From Dudresnaya verticillata (Eukaryota): a DNA stretch of 64,000 nucleotides. Under the pieces are notes generated by a model. The model was not told the DNA's origin and did no database searches. It saw only the letters and a program-made list of their open reading frames with translations. Made by a program: the position numbers and the translations under genes. The first letter of the stretch is position 1, and each line of letters opens with the position of its first letter. Of this stretch, positions 61,701 through 64,000 are shown piece after piece. The stretch covers positions 1,426,001 to 1,490,000 of the forward strand of contig OZ374557.1 in NCBI GenBank assembly GCA_977862235.1. Reading direction: 5' to 3'.

Positions 61701-63400
61701 GCTAAGAATCGCGTATTGTTGCGAAAGAACACCAAGCAATTGAATTTGTTCCCCGAAACCGAGCCTCTCGAGTCCCTATCGATCGACATTCTGGGCGAAC
61801 TCAAACCACACGCACGAAGCGAGGAAACAAATTCCTACTCGTCATTGTGGACCGCTTCCCGAAGCTGTTCCGGACGGTGCCACTACGTATTATTACGGCA
61901 TTGGAAATCGCTAAGGCGTTTGTACGACATCGGATCTTCGTGTACGGGCCCCCCAAGAAACTGTTGTCCGACAACGGACCACAGTTTGCGGCTAAGTTGT
62001 TTCAGGATATCTTCCGTCTTTTGGGAGTGGAGAATCTCTTCACCACCACGTACCACCCGCATGCAATGGCCAGGTAGAACGATTGAATCGAACTATCCTG
62101 GCCTCGCTGTGCCACTACGTTGCGGATCATCCGAGAGACTGAGACCTGTACACGGATGCCTTTAAATTCGCAGATAACACACAGTTGCATTCGTCTACGC
62201 ATTTCGCTCCGTTTGAATTGGTGCTGTCTAAGCCACTACGGCCATTGTCGCTCGAAGCGGAACCGTCGCTCGAAAGCGTACCCACCGCGGGGCAATACTA
62301 CACCAAGTGGCGAACCTGGCTCACCGCACTGATGGGAATCGCTAAAGCGTTGTTAGAGAAAACTCAAGCCCGTTACAAACGGAACTTCGATACCCGATTA
62401 AGGAAATATAAGGAAGCAATCGCCGTAGGCGACTTCGTATTCGTACGCAAAGAATACTCGCCCGAGGTGGAGGCACTGATCGCGCGAAGCGAAAACGTAA
62501 GTTGGCGCCAGTGGCGGACGGACCATATCGGGTAACTAACGTTGATAATGAGACAGTAACTGTCGATAAGGGACGTGACGAGCGGGAAAGTTTGTCCCGA
62601 GACCGCGTGGTCTGGGCTCCGACCCCACCGGGTCAGGCGGCCCCTCCAATCGTCGTACCACCAGGCCCGCCCGCGGCGCAGGACACGGTCGCCCCCACGT
62701 CACAAGAAGAAGGGACGACTACCCCAGACACGCCACCAGCGGACCCAGAGGGTGACGCAGAGACTTCGCATACTTCGGGAGATACGCAGGAGCGTACAAT
62801 TGAAACATCACGCAGTCGTGGGTTGGCAGAGCTTTCGCCCTTTGCCGCCGACCCCGACGATCGCGCTTCGCAATCCGTCTCCAACAACGACAGTACCCCA
62901 GGGGCTCTCACCCGTTTGGAACACGTCGCTACGGCACCGCCGAATGATAACAATGCCTCCGCTGAAAACGCGTCCGATAACGAAGACGTTAACCGTGGAA
63001 GTACGAAGCAAGGCGCTTCAAGCGATGGACTCGTCCCAAGACGCAGCAAACCAGTGACCGCTAAACGGGCGTCCGAGGCCCAAGACCAGCGCCTTCGGCG
63101 ATCAACCCGTCGAGTATGCTTCGCCAAACCGGTACAGAAGCCCATCACGCAACGAGACGAACCACCAAAGGCGCTGGAAGGGCCCGAGTCCAAGCCGATC
63201 GCTGTGAGCGGGAAATAATACGTTATCGAACGCATCGAGTCCCAGGCGTACGCGGATGATGATGAGATCCTCTACCGCGTCAAGTGGTTTGGATAAACTG
63301 CGTCTTCAACCACCTTTCCCCCCTTGTCGGTGGGTTTGTCGGAGCGCCCCTTCTTGGCGAGTTACGTCGGAGGCGTTCAACGTGTGCTTTCGCGCGAGGC
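58701..63400 (+). pseudogene. pol: Pol of family D with chromodomain, degraded
   Basis: LDTGAG, RFCVDYRRLN, YFDD, SDNGPQF, YVIERI...LYRVKWFG. Confidence 0.92.
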
Positions 63401-64000
63401 CGTGGCCGGAAGGGTGACGGTCCCAGGGACTTGGCCGCGGTGCGAGTGGGCATCTCGACGTCGGAGACGGTTGTTGCGCTCTGCAACTTGCGCCTGTCGT
63501 CGCTGGTGTTCATAGCACCTGCTCGGCCACTTGGCATGATTGTGTTCGTCGCGCGTTGACTGCTGAGCGGTGCGCGCTGCCGTGTTTGCCAACTGAAAAT
63601 TGTCCAATTACGCTTCGCTCCTATTACCCGAGGGGCACGGGCGGCGGATCTCGATTTGCGATCTGGATCCACTGTCAACCGCACACCTATCCAGAGGTCC
63701 TATATGGTGGCCGCTGTGAGGTGTCCGTGCGCGTGGTTCTCTATGACGCAACGACTTGCGTCCACGTCCGTGCATGAAGCGCACACGTGTCCGTCACTAC
63801 CGTGGTTGCGACCGCGTCCACTGGCCACGGGTCGGGCTTCCGGGCCTTTGGCGACCGTAACTCGAACACGCGGTCTCGATCGTCCGTCCATTCCAGCGGT
63901 GTTCGACTCTACGCTCGTCGCCGACGCAGGAGCACCTGGCTCCTTTTGAACCGTCGACGACGTCATAGCAGCATTCGCTTCTCTCGCCGCTGGCGATACA

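Overview
Eukaryotic, transposon-saturated window with no intact host gene. A nuclear plastid-type sigma factor remnant and a GalEa-like copia suggest a red alga such as a florideophyte (inference). It holds six copies of chromodomain-type Ty3/Gypsy elements from four families: A1 1-1984 (-), A2 10395-20803 (+), B1 33764-45360 (+), B2 45361-51209 (-), C 51210-56020 (+) and D 55135-64000 (+). It also holds an internally deleted copia, a degraded DIRS-type tyrosine-recombinase retroelement, MULE and Sola-like transposase remnants, solo LTRs, and pseudogenes of a sigma-70 factor and the golgin CASP. The main finding is a large ANTISENSE gene between the integrase chromodomain and the 3' LTR of families A and B; the two proteins share five colinear aromatic-rich motifs and match no family I recognise. 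Other notable points: a copia whose adjacent LTR-like unit appears to point against gag-pol, an 18-nt tRNA-Tyr-type primer site and -1 frameshift signals shared by three families, LTR evidence for an inversion between B1 and B2, and one LTR shared by two different elements. All alignments were done by eye; no searches were run.
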